The translations under genes and the position numbers were made by a program. The notes under the pieces are model-generated. The model worked only from the letters and a program-made list of their open reading frames with translations. It made no database searches and was not told the DNA's origin. DNA of 64,000 nt, taken from an uncultured Bacteroidota bacterium (GTDB lineage: Bacteria > Bacteroidota > Bacteroidia > Flavobacteriales > Flavobacteriaceae). This document shows, in pieces, positions 51,688 through 61,136 of the stretch. The stretch spans positions 9,124 through 73,123 of the forward strand of contig CACASE010000005.1 of assembly GCA_902535165.1 (NCBI GenBank), given 5' to 3'. Numbering within the stretch: the first letter of the stretch is position 1; each line of letters begins with the position of its first letter.

Positions 51688-53195
51688 TCTCCTGTCATCA
51701 ATGACGGTTTATTTATATTCATAATTTTTAAAATTGTTGGAGCTATGTCTGCAAGTATCCCATCTTTTACTTTAGCTACATTTTCATCAATAACAATAAT
51801 TGGTACAGGATTTATTGTATGAGCAGTATTGGGACTGCCGTCTTCATTTATCATCATATCACTGTTACCATGATCTGCAATTATGATTACCGAGTATTTA
51901 TTTTTAATTGCTTCTGTAACAACTGCTTTAGTACATTTATCTACGGTTTCACAAGCTTTTACAGCTGCACTAAAATTACCTGTATGACCAACCATATCAG
52001 GATTTGCAAAATTCAAGCAGATAAAGTCAGTATTAATATTATTAATCTCTGGAATTATTGCTTTTGTAATATTATTAGCACTCATTTCAGGCTTTAAATC
52101 ATATGTTGCAACTTTTGGAGATTGACACAGAATTCTTTTTTCATTTCTAAATTCTTCTTCAGATCCACCATTAAAAAAGAATGTAACATGTGGATATTTT
52201 TCGGTCTCAGCAATTCTTATTTGCTTAATATTATTACTTGCTAAAACTTCTCCAAGTGTATCTTTTAAATTTTCATTTTCATAAATTGTTGAAATACCAT
52301 GATATTCATCATTATATTTTGTCATTGTCAGAAAATATAAATTCAATTTTTTTAAATCAAAATCATCTAAATCATATTGAGTCAAAACTTCGGTTAGTTG
52401 TCTTCCCCTGTCAGTTCTAAAATTAAAAAAGATAACAAGATCTTCATCTTTGATTTGAGCCATTGGTTTATCTCTATTCATCATCACTATTGGCTCTATA
52501 AATTCATCGGTAATACCTCGATTATAACTTTCTTGGATTGAATTTAGTGCTGATATTGAATTTTTACCGATCCCATGAACCAAAAGATCGTAAGCCTTTT
52601 TTATACGACTCCATCTTTTATCTCTGTCCATTGAGTAGTATCTTCCACAAACTGATGCTAATTCAATATTTTTATCTTCTATAAAATTTAAAACTTCTTG
52701 AATATTTTTAATAGCTGATTTTGGATCAACGTCTCTTCCATCAGTGAATGCATGGATGAAAGAATTTTTTGCATTTTTTTCCTCTAAAACATTGATGATC
52801 TCAAATAGATGTGATATATGAGAGTGAACACCGCCGTAAGAAGTTAATCCAATTAGGTGAATATTTTTATTATTTAAAATAGCCCGATCAATCTCTTCAT
52901 TCAATTTTTGATTTTCTTTAAAAGTTCCATTATTTATATCATTATTAATTTTTGCTAGCTCCTGAAACACAACTCTTCCAGCACCAATGTTAATATGGCC
53001 AACTTCACTATTCCCCATTTGATTTTTAGGAAGGCCTACACTTTCTCCATGTGTTATTAGTTTAGCATTAGGATAATTTTCAATCAAGTAATCATAATAA
53101 GGAGTATTAGCATTAGCTATAGCAGATGTTTTTTTATCATCTGAAATACCCCAGCCATCTAGAATTAAGAGGATTAATTTCTTTTGCTTTTTCAA
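51675..53195 (-). CDS. gpmI: 2,3-bisphosphoglycerate-independent phosphoglycerate mutase
   Basis: LILDGWG, GNSEVGHINIGAGR, GGVHSH, TDGRD and ADHGN motifs. Confidence 0.97.
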   Translation of the reverse strand: MKKQKKLILLILDGWGISDDKKTSAIANANTPYYDYLIENYPNAKLITHGESVGLPKNQMGNSEVGHINIGAGRVVFQELAKINNDINNGTFKENQKLNEEIDRAILNNKNIHLIGLTSYGGVHSHISHLFEIINVLEEKNAKNSFIHAFTDGRDVDPKSAIKNIQEVLNFIEDKNIELASVCGRYYSMDRDKRWSRIKKAYDLLVHGIGKNSISALNSIQESYNRGITDEFIEPIVMMNRDKPMAQIKDEDLVIFFNFRTDRGRQLTEVLTQYDLDDFDLKKLNLYFLTMTKYNDEYHGISTIYENENLKDTLGEVLASNNIKQIRIAETEKYPHVTFFFNGGSEEEFRNEKRILCQSPKVATYDLKPEMSANNITKAIIPEINNINTDFICLNFANPDMVGHTGNFSAAVKACETVDKCTKAVVTEAIKNKYSVIIIADHGNSDMMINEDGSPNTAHTINPVPIIVIDENVAKVKDGILADIAPTILKIMNINKPSLMTGDCLV

Positions 53196-53210
53196 ACTAT
53201 TTTATATCTG

Positions 53211-53218
53211 CAAATTTA
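53211..53218 (-). promoter_or_regulatory. Bacteroidota-type -7 promoter box (TAAATTTG on minus strand) for gpmI
   Basis: Plus strand reads CAAATTTA. It lies 15 nt upstream of the gpmI ATG. Confidence 0.45.
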
Positions 53219-53229
53219 GTTATTAAATA

Positions 53230-53943
53230 TTATTTCAAATCAGGATTAATTTGTAGAATATTATTATTATAATAATCTTCAATAAAATTTTTAGTAAATA
53301 AATCTTTACCCTCAATATCAATTTTTGATATTATTTCAATTATATCAATTTTTAAAAATTCATTAAGATATTTTTTTGAAATTGGCAGATAAGTATAATG
53401 CCAAGGCTCATATTCAAAACCTGCTCTGTTTGGATTGTTAGTGTAAACTAGGTAAAAACCAAATTTTTCTGAATTTTCATCCATCCACTTTTTTAATTTT
53501 GAAAAAATTCCATCTTTTTCATATTTATCTGACATCAATGGATTTTTTTCATTTTTATATTTTTCATCTATTACATCAATTTCAGTTCCCCAGTGGTGTC
53601 TTGAAGTACCTGGAATAGTTGAAAAACGAATAATTTCATTTATGGCATCAATCCCACTAAAGTTATTCTCTTTGGTAAATTTTAAAAATTTATTATTCCA
53701 TATTTCTTTTTGTCTTTTAAAATCACGAAATCCTGAAACAACTTTTATTTTTATTCCATCATTTAATGCTGCTTTTTTCATTTTTTCAAATGCAATGAAT
53801 GTGTTTTTCTCCAGTTTTAATGAATCACCTACTAAATTGGAATGCTCAATTCCTAACAACGTTTTATAATTAATATTTTGAGATTTCACTGTATTAAATC
53901 CAAAAGCTAAGAATATCAAACATACTAATTTATAATCTATCAT
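53230..53943 (-). CDS. M15 family metallopeptidase (VanY/D-Ala-D-Ala carboxypeptidase-like)
   Basis: Signal peptide. SGFRDFKRQ, PGTSRHHWGTEIDV (HxxxxxxD) and EPWHY motifs. Confidence 0.88.
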   Translation of the reverse strand: MIDYKLVCLIFLAFGFNTVKSQNINYKTLLGIEHSNLVGDSLKLEKNTFIAFEKMKKAALNDGIKIKVVSGFRDFKRQKEIWNNKFLKFTKENNFSGIDAINEIIRFSTIPGTSRHHWGTEIDVIDEKYKNEKNPLMSDKYEKDGIFSKLKKWMDENSEKFGFYLVYTNNPNRAGFEYEPWHYTYLPISKKYLNEFLKIDIIEIISKIDIEGKDLFTKNFIEDYYNNNILQINPDLK

Positions 53944-54380
53944 AGTTTTTTATACATTAGAAAATGAAGACCAATTTGCCCAATAGAGTAATTAATATTT
54001 GTGTTTTTATAATTTAAATTTAAATAAAATTGAATAGCAGATTCTCTAGCATTCATCCAAACATTATCAATTTTTAATTTTTTTAACTTTTCCTCAACTT
54101 TTTTAACAAGTTTTTTTCCAATTCCTCTATTTTGAAATGAGTCATCAACACATAGTCCCCTCATTTGGTAACAATTTTCAATTTTCATTTTCTCACATTT
54201 ATTATTTATTATAGTTACTCCACCAACAAGACTATTTGAATTAAAGGCTCCAAAGTGATAAGAGTCAATAAAATCATCTCCTGTAAATTTACATTTATTT
54301 GGATCTAGGTTATTTCTAAGAATTTTACTTCTTAAAAATAAAAGCTCGTTTGATTTAATCAATTTTATAGTTAAATTCAA
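53940..54380 (-). CDS. GNAT family N-acetyltransferase
   Basis: Acetyl-CoA binding motif QNRGIGKKLV. 146 aa with 4-nt overlap to the M15 peptidase gene. Confidence 0.85.
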   Translation of the reverse strand: MNLTIKLIKSNELLFLRSKILRNNLDPNKCKFTGDDFIDSYHFGAFNSNSLVGGVTIINNKCEKMKIENCYQMRGLCVDDSFQNRGIGKKLVKKVEEKLKKLKIDNVWMNARESAIQFYLNLNYKNTNINYSIGQIGLHFLMYKKL

Positions 54381-54420
54381 TGATAGAAATTTATTTGTTA
54401 AAATAAATAAAATTTTTTTT

Positions 54421-54493
54421 GCGGGAGTAGCTCAGTTGGTAGAGCGTCAGCCTTCCAAGCTGAATGTCGCCGGTTCGAACCCGGTCTCCCGCT
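54421..54493 (+). tRNA. tRNA-Gly (anticodon UCC)
   Basis: Hand-folded cloverleaf. Acceptor GCGGGAG/CTCCCGC, D arm GCTC-AGTTGGTA-GAGC, anticodon arm TCAGC-CTTCCAA-GCTGA, T arm GCCGG-TTCGAAC-CCGGT, discriminator T. No CCA is encoded. Confidence 0.93.
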
Positions 54494-54510
54494 CAGATAA
54501 AAATATAGTT

Positions 54511-55296
54511 ATGAAAAAATATTTAAATTTTTTTTATCTAGCTCTAGCGATTTTTTATGTTTCAATAGGATTCAAAAGTTTATCTAATGATGATGAATGG
54601 GAATACATTTTTAACGGGAACAATCTTGATGATTGGACTGTTAAAATTAAGGGCTATCCAAGTGGTGAAAATTTTGGAAATACTTTTAAAGTAAAAGATG
54701 GAGAAATTCAAGTCTCTTATGAGAACTATGAAAATTTTGATTTTAGATATGGTCATTTATATTATACTAAGAAAAAATTTAAAAATTATCATCTCAAGTT
54801 AGAATACAAGTTTTTTGGAGAACAAGCTAATGGAGGTGAAGGTTGGGCAACTAAAAATAGTGGTGTTATGTTTCACAGTCAACACCCAGAAACCATGCTA
54901 ATTGATCAGCCATTTCCTGTTAGCATAGAAACGCAGTTTTTAGGTGGGCTTGGAACAGGGGCTAGGCCTACAGGAAACCTTTGTACACCTGGAACTGATG
55001 TTGATATGAAGTCTGAAAAAGTAAAGAAACATTGTACAACATCTAATTCTGATACTTATGATAATGATGATTGGGTAGAGGCAGAAATTATTGTTTACAG
55101 CGATTCAATAGCTCATCACATTATAAATGGTAAAACTGTTTTAACATATACAAATTTGAGATATGGTGATGATGGTAGGCTTCCTGAAAATATGATTCAT
55201 AAAAAAGATCAAAAGTTGAGTGAGGGATATATTTCTTTGCAATCTGAAAGTCACCCAATAAAATTTAAAAATATAAAGATTAAATCCTTGGATTAA
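54511..55296 (+). CDS. DUF1080 domain-containing protein (3-keto-disaccharide hydrolase family)
   Basis: Start trimmed to MKKYLNFF... because the ORF-track start at 54436 lies inside tRNA-Gly. IFNGNNLDDW, NSGVMFHSQ, and C-terminal ISLQSESHPIKFKNIKIK. Confidence 0.85.
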   Translation: MKKYLNFFYLALAIFYVSIGFKSLSNDDEWEYIFNGNNLDDWTVKIKGYPSGENFGNTFKVKDGEIQVSYENYENFDFRYGHLYYTKKKFKNYHLKLEYKFFGEQANGGEGWATKNSGVMFHSQHPETMLIDQPFPVSIETQFLGGLGTGARPTGNLCTPGTDVDMKSEKVKKHCTTSNSDTYDNDDWVEAEIIVYSDSIAHHIINGKTVLTYTNLRYGDDGRLPENMIHKKDQKLSEGYISLQSESHPIKFKNIKIKSLD

Positions 55297-55297
55297 T

Positions 55298-56041
55298 ATG
55301 AGAATTTTCTTGATACTTTTTATTTTATTTTCATTTGATTTATCATTTTCACAAAATGATTATAGAACCTGGATAAGAGGAAAAGTTTTGTATAAAAATG
55401 TTAATGTTAACTCTGCAAATGTTGTTAATAATACATCACAAATGGCTACAACAACAAATGATGAAGGTGAATTTGAAATTGAGGTCAAATTAAATGATAA
55501 ATTAATTTTTTCATCTGTTCAGTATCAAATCAGGGAGCTAAGTATTACTAAAGAGATTCTGCAAAAAAATAGAATAGTAATTGACGTAAATGAAAAAGTT
55601 ACGGAACTTGACCAAGTTGTTGTAACACCAGAAAATCAAGAAAAATTTTTGGATCTTAAAGAAGAAGAATTTAAAAGATTTGATTACACATTCGATAAAT
55701 CTACAAGAGTAACAAACGTAATCAATGAGCAAGGTAAACTTAAGGATGGTTTAAATTTTGTCAATTTATATAGACTTATCTCTAACTCTTTAAAAAATGA
55801 TTCAAATCAAAATGAGAAATCATTTAAATATAATCCAAGTGACCTATTAAGAGAACTTTATGATGATTTATTTTTTACTCAAAATTTAATGATTCCAAAT
55901 GATAAAATAAATGAGTTCTTGCTTTACTGTGACGATAATTTTCCTGACAGAATTTTACTTCAAAAAGACAATGAGTTTGAATTGATTGATTTTCTTGTCA
56001 AACAAAGCAAAAAGTTTGTTAAGTCAATTGCAAAAAGCTAG
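55298..56041 (+). CDS. carboxypeptidase-regulatory-like (CarboxypepD_reg) domain protein, paralog 1
   Basis: Signal peptide ...DLSFSQ. IRGKVLYKNVNVNSANVVN...TTTNDEGEFEIEV...DKLIFSSVQYQ beta-sandwich pattern. Confidence 0.7.
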   Translation: MRIFLILFILFSFDLSFSQNDYRTWIRGKVLYKNVNVNSANVVNNTSQMATTTNDEGEFEIEVKLNDKLIFSSVQYQIRELSITKEILQKNRIVIDVNEKVTELDQVVVTPENQEKFLDLKEEEFKRFDYTFDKSTRVTNVINEQGKLKDGLNFVNLYRLISNSLKNDSNQNEKSFKYNPSDLLRELYDDLFFTQNLMIPNDKINEFLLYCDDNFPDRILLQKDNEFELIDFLVKQSKKFVKSIAKS

Positions 56042-56810
56042 ATACATATTATTCTTTGTATTTATATCTAATTTTCTTTTTAGCCAAGAAAGAAATTTTA
56101 AGACAATAGTTGGCGAAGTCCTTAATGATACAATTAATGTTAGTGGCATACACGTAATTAATAGTTCCTCAGGTGGTAAAACGATTACTGATAGTGATGG
56201 TTTTTTTAAAGTTGGAGTAAGAGAGAATGATTCAATTTTTTTTACTTCTGTTCAAATTAAAACTCAAATGATAATTATTGAAAAATCAGTTTATGAAGCC
56301 GATTCGATTAGAGTTTATTTGGAACCAATAGTGAATGAATTAGAAGGCGTGACTGTTTCTCCACTTAATTTATCTGGTGACTTATTTGCCGATATTAAAC
56401 AAGTTGAAGAGAAAGAAGTTTTTAATTTTGATGACGCAGGAATCCCTGGATTTAAAGGTGAAAGGAAAGAAAAAATAGCATATAAAAATTCAGCAAGTAT
56501 ACTTGTTAATGTAATCCTACTTCCCATTATGCCTCTAGATATTGATGGAATATACAAACAACTAAGTGGATATTATGATACACTTAGAAAAGCTAGAGTA
56601 TTAGAATCAAGATCTGGTACTGTAGTTGATATTATTCAATTTTATGGTGTTGATTTTTTTATAAATAATTATAATTTGGAAATTAATGATGTATACGAGT
56701 TTGTAATTGGATCAATGGAAAATTATGATGTGGAGAGAGATTTTAAAAATTCAAATCATATTCTTGTATTAACAAATTTCCAAAAATTTCATGAATCAAT
56801 TAATAATTAA
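55986..56810 (+). CDS. carboxypeptidase-regulatory-like domain protein, paralog 2
   Basis: IVGEVLNDTINVSGIHVIN...TITDSDGFFKVGV...DSIFFTSVQIK shows the same architecture as the upstream gene. The only in-frame ATG (55986) gives a 56-nt overlap with paralog 1, so the start is uncertain. Confidence 0.65.
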   Translation: MIFLSNKAKSLLSQLQKARYILFFVFISNFLFSQERNFKTIVGEVLNDTINVSGIHVINSSSGGKTITDSDGFFKVGVRENDSIFFTSVQIKTQMIIIEKSVYEADSIRVYLEPIVNELEGVTVSPLNLSGDLFADIKQVEEKEVFNFDDAGIPGFKGERKEKIAYKNSASILVNVILLPIMPLDIDGIYKQLSGYYDTLRKARVLESRSGTVVDIIQFYGVDFFINNYNLEINDVYEFVIGSMENYDVERDFKNSNHILVLTNFQKFHESINN

Positions 56811-57270
56811 ATTAATTACAATATTAATATTTATTTTTTCTCATAAGTATTATGTGAGTTCTACACTCATCGATTACAGTGAAAAGTCAGGAACATATCA
56901 AATAAGTTTAAAGATTTTTCATGATGATTTAGAAAAAGACTTAGGATTTGAAATGAATGAGCTAGATTATGATGATTATGAACAAACAAATTCTCTAATT
57001 ATTGAATATTTAATCAATAATTTTAAAATTTACAGTAATGAAACTGAATTAGAATTAGATTTCCTAGGATATGAAAGAAAAAATGACTTGGTTATTTATT
57101 ATATAGAAGTATTCAATGCTAAAAATATTAAAAGTTTAATTGTTGAAAATAAAATCTTATTTCAATCATTTAGGAATCAAAAAAATATAATTCTCTTTAG
57201 AGTTAATAACTATAAAAAAAGCTATATACACACATCTGGGAATTTTCAAAGTTCCATCATGTTACCTTAA
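56791..57270 (+). CDS. hypothetical small protein (possibly DUF6702-like)
   Basis: 159 aa with an N-terminal hydrophobic segment followed by HKYYVSSTLIDYSEKSGTYQISLKIFHDDLE. The family name is recalled from memory only. Confidence 0.4.
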   Translation: MNQLIIKLITILIFIFSHKYYVSSTLIDYSEKSGTYQISLKIFHDDLEKDLGFEMNELDYDDYEQTNSLIIEYLINNFKIYSNETELELDFLGYERKNDLVIYYIEVFNAKNIKSLIVENKILFQSFRNQKNIILFRVNNYKKSYIHTSGNFQSSIMLP

Positions 57271-57309
57271 GCATATATTTATTAAATTTACTTTACAATT
57301 TTATTTATT

Positions 57310-59598
57310 ATGAAAAAAATCTTCTTTGCAATTTTAGTTATATGTTTTGTTTCTCCAATTAATATTTTCTCACAAGATAATAAACAACAAGGTCATACAA
57401 ATACAAATAAATTCAGACAACTTTATGACCAGTTTGCAAGTCCAAATATGTTTAGAACAGCCTCAGGTGCCCCTGGACCAGCATATTATCAACAAAGAGC
57501 TGATTACAAGATAAATGTTGAGTTAGATGATAAAAACAAAAAATTATATGGAGATGAAATAATAACTTATACAAATAATTCCCCCGAAACATTAAGTTAT
57601 TTGTGGGTTCAGTTGGATCAAAATGTTAGAAAAAAAGACTCACCAAGTTTAGACATTAATTCTGAAGGAGTTTCAGTTGCATATATACCTGACTCATTTG
57701 ATAAAGAATTTCTCTCAGATCCTTTTGATGGTGGTTTTAACATTGAGTATGTAAAGGATATTGATAATAAGCCTTTAAGGTACATAATTAATCAAACCAT
57801 GATGAGGATTGATTTGCCAAATCCAATCTCAACTGGACAAAGTTTTCAGTTTAAAATCAAGTGGTGGTATAACATTAATGATCATGTTAAGCAAGATGGA
57901 AGATCAGGTTATGAAACGTTTCCAAATGATGAAAATAGAGCATACATAATCGCTCAATTTTTCCCAAGAATGTGTGTTTACAATGAGGTAGAAGGTTGGC
58001 AAAATTATCAGTTTTGGGGAGATGGTGAGTTTGCTTTACCATTTGGAGATTACGAGGTTAATATCACTGTACCATCTGATCATATTTTAGAAGCTACGGG
58101 TGAATTAACTAACAGAAAGGATGTATATAGCAAGGAGATGATGAAAAGATATAATCAAGCAAAAAAATCATATGATAAGCCAGTAATAATTGTTTCACAG
58201 GATGAAGCAATTGAAGCTGAAAAAACTTTTTCTAATCAGAAAAAAACATGGAAGTTTTCAGCTAAGAACGTTAGAGATTTTGGATTTGCCACATCCAGAA
58301 AATATATTCTTGATATGATGGCAGTAAAAATCGGAAATGAAGATGTAATGGCTGTTTCAATCTATCCAAGGGAGGGAAATCCACTTTGGGAGGAATATTC
58401 AACAATTACTGTTGTTGAGGCACTAAAATCATTTTCAAAATATACTTTTGATTATCCATATCACAAAGCCGTTTCTGTTCATGCTCATAATATTGGAATG
58501 GAATACCCGATGATATGTTTTAATTTTGGTAGACCAAATATTGATGGCTCATATTCTGATGATGTTAAATTTGGAATGATTGGTGTTATTATTCATGAAA
58601 TAGGCCATAATTTCTTCCCGATGATCGTAAATAGTGATGAAAGACAATGGGCTTGGATGGATGAGGGTCTAACTACTTTTGTACAATACCTAGCAGAGCA
58701 AGAATTTGGAGAAAAATATCCAGACGCAATATATCCAAATAAGAATTTTCCCTCCGACAGAGGACCAGCAAATATGATAACTGATTATATGAGCGTTGAT
58801 CAAAATTATCTTGCTCCTATAATGTCAAACCCTGAAAATGTTTACAGTTTAGGTCCGAATGCATATGGAAAGCCAGCAACTGCTTTAAATATTTTGAGAG
58901 AAACAATAATGGGCAAGGATTTATTTGATTATGCTTTTAAAACATATTCTCAAAGATGGATGTTTAAACATCCAACGCCTGAGGATTTCTTTAGAACTAT
59001 GGAAGATGCTTCAGCTGTAGATTTAGATTGGTTTTGGAGAGGATGGTTTTACACCACTGATTTTGTAGATATTTCTATAAAAGAACTAAACCAATATTTT
59101 TTATCTCCCAATCCGGGTCAAGAGATGAAAGAGATTATGAAAGAAAGAGGCTTGGAAAGAAGTAGACTGAGACCGCTAATTTTCTTTGAAAATTTTGAAA
59201 ATGATTTAGAAAATAACAGAGAAAAAAATCCTTTAGAAAATTCTAAATTATTAAATAACTATCTAAACGAAAACTACTCTGATGAAGAAATTAATGATTT
59301 ACAAATACCAAAATATTTTTATGAAATTGTATTTGAAAAACCAGGTGGATTAGTGATGCCAATAATTGTTGATATTAAGTTTGAGGATGGTGAAGTTGTC
59401 CGTAAAAAGTATCCTGCCCAAGTTTGGAGAAAGAATGATAAAGAGGTTAGAAAAGTTATTACATCTGATAAAAAAATATCAGAGATTATTTTAGATCCAG
59501 ATGAAGAAACGGCAGACGTAGATACTAGAAATAATTCATGGCCTAAAAAAGAGGAAAACACAGATTTTGATAAATTTAAATCAAGAATTCAAGGATGA
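57310..59598 (+). CDS. secreted M1 family metallopeptidase
   Basis: Signal peptide. Gluzincin motif HEIGHNFF followed by WAWMDEGLTTF (HExxH-18-E). Confidence 0.9.
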   Translation: MKKIFFAILVICFVSPINIFSQDNKQQGHTNTNKFRQLYDQFASPNMFRTASGAPGPAYYQQRADYKINVELDDKNKKLYGDEIITYTNNSPETLSYLWVQLDQNVRKKDSPSLDINSEGVSVAYIPDSFDKEFLSDPFDGGFNIEYVKDIDNKPLRYIINQTMMRIDLPNPISTGQSFQFKIKWWYNINDHVKQDGRSGYETFPNDENRAYIIAQFFPRMCVYNEVEGWQNYQFWGDGEFALPFGDYEVNITVPSDHILEATGELTNRKDVYSKEMMKRYNQAKKSYDKPVIIVSQDEAIEAEKTFSNQKKTWKFSAKNVRDFGFATSRKYILDMMAVKIGNEDVMAVSIYPREGNPLWEEYSTITVVEALKSFSKYTFDYPYHKAVSVHAHNIGMEYPMICFNFGRPNIDGSYSDDVKFGMIGVIIHEIGHNFFPMIVNSDERQWAWMDEGLTTFVQYLAEQEFGEKYPDAIYPNKNFPSDRGPANMITDYMSVDQNYLAPIMSNPENVYSLGPNAYGKPATALNILRETIMGKDLFDYAFKTYSQRWMFKHPTPEDFFRTMEDASAVDLDWFWRGWFYTTDFVDISIKELNQYFLSPNPGQEMKEIMKERGLERSRLRPLIFFENFENDLENNREKNPLENSKLLNNYLNENYSDEEINDLQIPKYFYEIVFEKPGGLVMPIIVDIKFEDGEVVRKKYPAQVWRKNDKEVRKVITSDKKISEIILDPDEETADVDTRNNSWPKKEENTDFDKFKSRIQG

Positions 59599-59861
59599 TA
59601 TTCTTATTTATCAGCGGGGCTGAAATAGTATTTATTTTTTTTATAGTTCTAATGATTTTTGGAGCAGATAAAATTCCTGATATAGCTAAAGGAATGGCCA
59701 AGGGTATTAAAAAAGTAAAGGATGCTACACAAGAAATAAAAACTGAAATCAAGAAAAGCGCTGAGAAAAAAGGAATTGATACAGATTCAATTTCAAAAGA
59801 AATTGATAAAGTAAAAGATGATATTGATGATTTAACAGGTTCTATAAAAAGAGACCTTTAA
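59595..59861 (+). CDS. tatA: twin-arginine translocase TatA/TatE family subunit
   Basis: 88 aa. N-terminal TM helix followed by the FGADKIPDIAKGMAKGIKKVK amphipathic helix (F-G hinge). Confidence 0.85.
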   Translation: MIFLFISGAEIVFIFFIVLMIFGADKIPDIAKGMAKGIKKVKDATQEIKTEIKKSAEKKGIDTDSISKEIDKVKDDIDDLTGSIKRDL

Positions 59862-60502
59862 TTCTTTATAATAATATTTAATCCGTCTCGAAGTGGCAGA
59901 ATAATATTTTCAACTCTGTCATCATTTTTTATCATTTCATTAAAATCTATCAAATATTGGGTAAGTTCATCGTCGTATGAGGAAGGGGCCACAACTTTCC
60001 CAGTCCATAGGACGTTGTCAGCAATTATAAGTCCGCCAGACTTTAATTTGTCTATACATAGGTTATAATATTGTATATAGTTTTCTTTGTCAGCATCTAT
60101 AAATATTATATCAAAAATTTCATCAATTTTTTTGATGACTTCCTTTGCATCACCAATATGTTGAATTATTGAGTTTGAATTATTAGTTTTTTCAAAATAT
60201 TTATCTTGGATTGTACTAAGCTCTTCATTAATATCAATTGTATGAATAATACCATTTTTGACTAAACCCTCTGACAAACAAATAGCAGAGTATCCGGTGT
60301 AGGTTCCTAGTTCAAGTATTTTTTTTGGCTTTATTAATCTGCTTATAATCGACAAAAATCTACCCTGCAGATGGCCACTTAACATTCTTGGATTTAAAAT
60401 TTTAAGATTTGTTTCTTTATTTAAATCCTTTAAAATTTTAGATTCTTTTGATGAATTTTCTTCTATATACTCTTCAATTTTATTATTGACTATCTCACTC
60501 AT
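59858..60502 (-). CDS. class I SAM-dependent O-methyltransferase (caffeoyl-CoA OMT-like)
   Basis: ILELGTYTGYSA SAM motif, FDIIFIDADKENY, and GGLIIADNVLW. Confidence 0.85.
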   Translation of the reverse strand: MSEIVNNKIEEYIEENSSKESKILKDLNKETNLKILNPRMLSGHLQGRFLSIISRLIKPKKILELGTYTGYSAICLSEGLVKNGIIHTIDINEELSTIQDKYFEKTNNSNSIIQHIGDAKEVIKKIDEIFDIIFIDADKENYIQYYNLCIDKLKSGGLIIADNVLWTGKVVAPSSYDDELTQYLIDFNEMIKNDDRVENIILPLRDGLNIIIKN

Positions 60503-61116
60503 TTTTTAGGTCGTGCATATTCAAATCTCTCTATTAATTTGGTCTCTGCATATCCATCTAAACCATTTATTGCGACAGTTTTTGCATGATCAAGTCTCAA
60601 CCATCCATCTTCCTGTAAAATTTCTTTTTCAACATATAAATCCTCTATCGAGGCGACAACCAAAATAGTATCATTTTCTTTAATACTATACTCATTTAAG
60701 TATTTACAAGCAAGCTTAATTTTTGAACTTTTTACAAACGGTGCTACAAATCCATCCAGAAATTCAGGTTCTAGATTGGTTTTATCAAATTCAGAAATTT
60801 CTTTAGGGTATTTTGCAGAAGTGTGATGAGCATCATTTATATCATCAATATTTATGTGGTTGACGGTAAAAAATTTCATCTTGAAAAGATTATTATAGGT
60901 ATTTCTTGGGATAGTTCTGGGTCTTAGAACAAATCCAATCATTGCAGGATTACTCCCTAGATGTGTTATTGAACTAAAAACAGCAACATTCGTATTCCCA
61001 TCAGAATCTATTGTTCCTAACAGATTCGCAGACTTGTACCCAGTGCAGCTGTTGATTAAATTTAATCTGTAAATTTTATCAAGATTATCTATTTTTTCTT
61101 TACTAAAACGAATCAT
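60499..61116 (-). CDS. flavin reductase family protein
   Basis: 205 aa. YRLNLINSCTGYKSANLLGT...NVAVFSS pattern of the flavin reductase-like FMN-binding split barrel. Confidence 0.65.
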   Translation of the reverse strand: MIRFSKEKIDNLDKIYRLNLINSCTGYKSANLLGTIDSDGNTNVAVFSSITHLGSNPAMIGFVLRPRTIPRNTYNNLFKMKFFTVNHINIDDINDAHHTSAKYPKEISEFDKTNLEPEFLDGFVAPFVKSSKIKLACKYLNEYSIKENDTILVVASIEDLYVEKEILQEDGWLRLDHAKTVAINGLDGYAETKLIERFEYARPKK

Positions 61117-61136
61117 TTTTTATTACATTTAAAATT

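Noticed and set aside
54436-54510. The ORF-track start at 54436 (MVERQPSKLNVAGSNPVSRS...) for the DUF1080 gene.
   Set aside because: These codons are the tRNA-Gly sequence read as protein. The real signal-anchor sequence begins at the Met at 54511.
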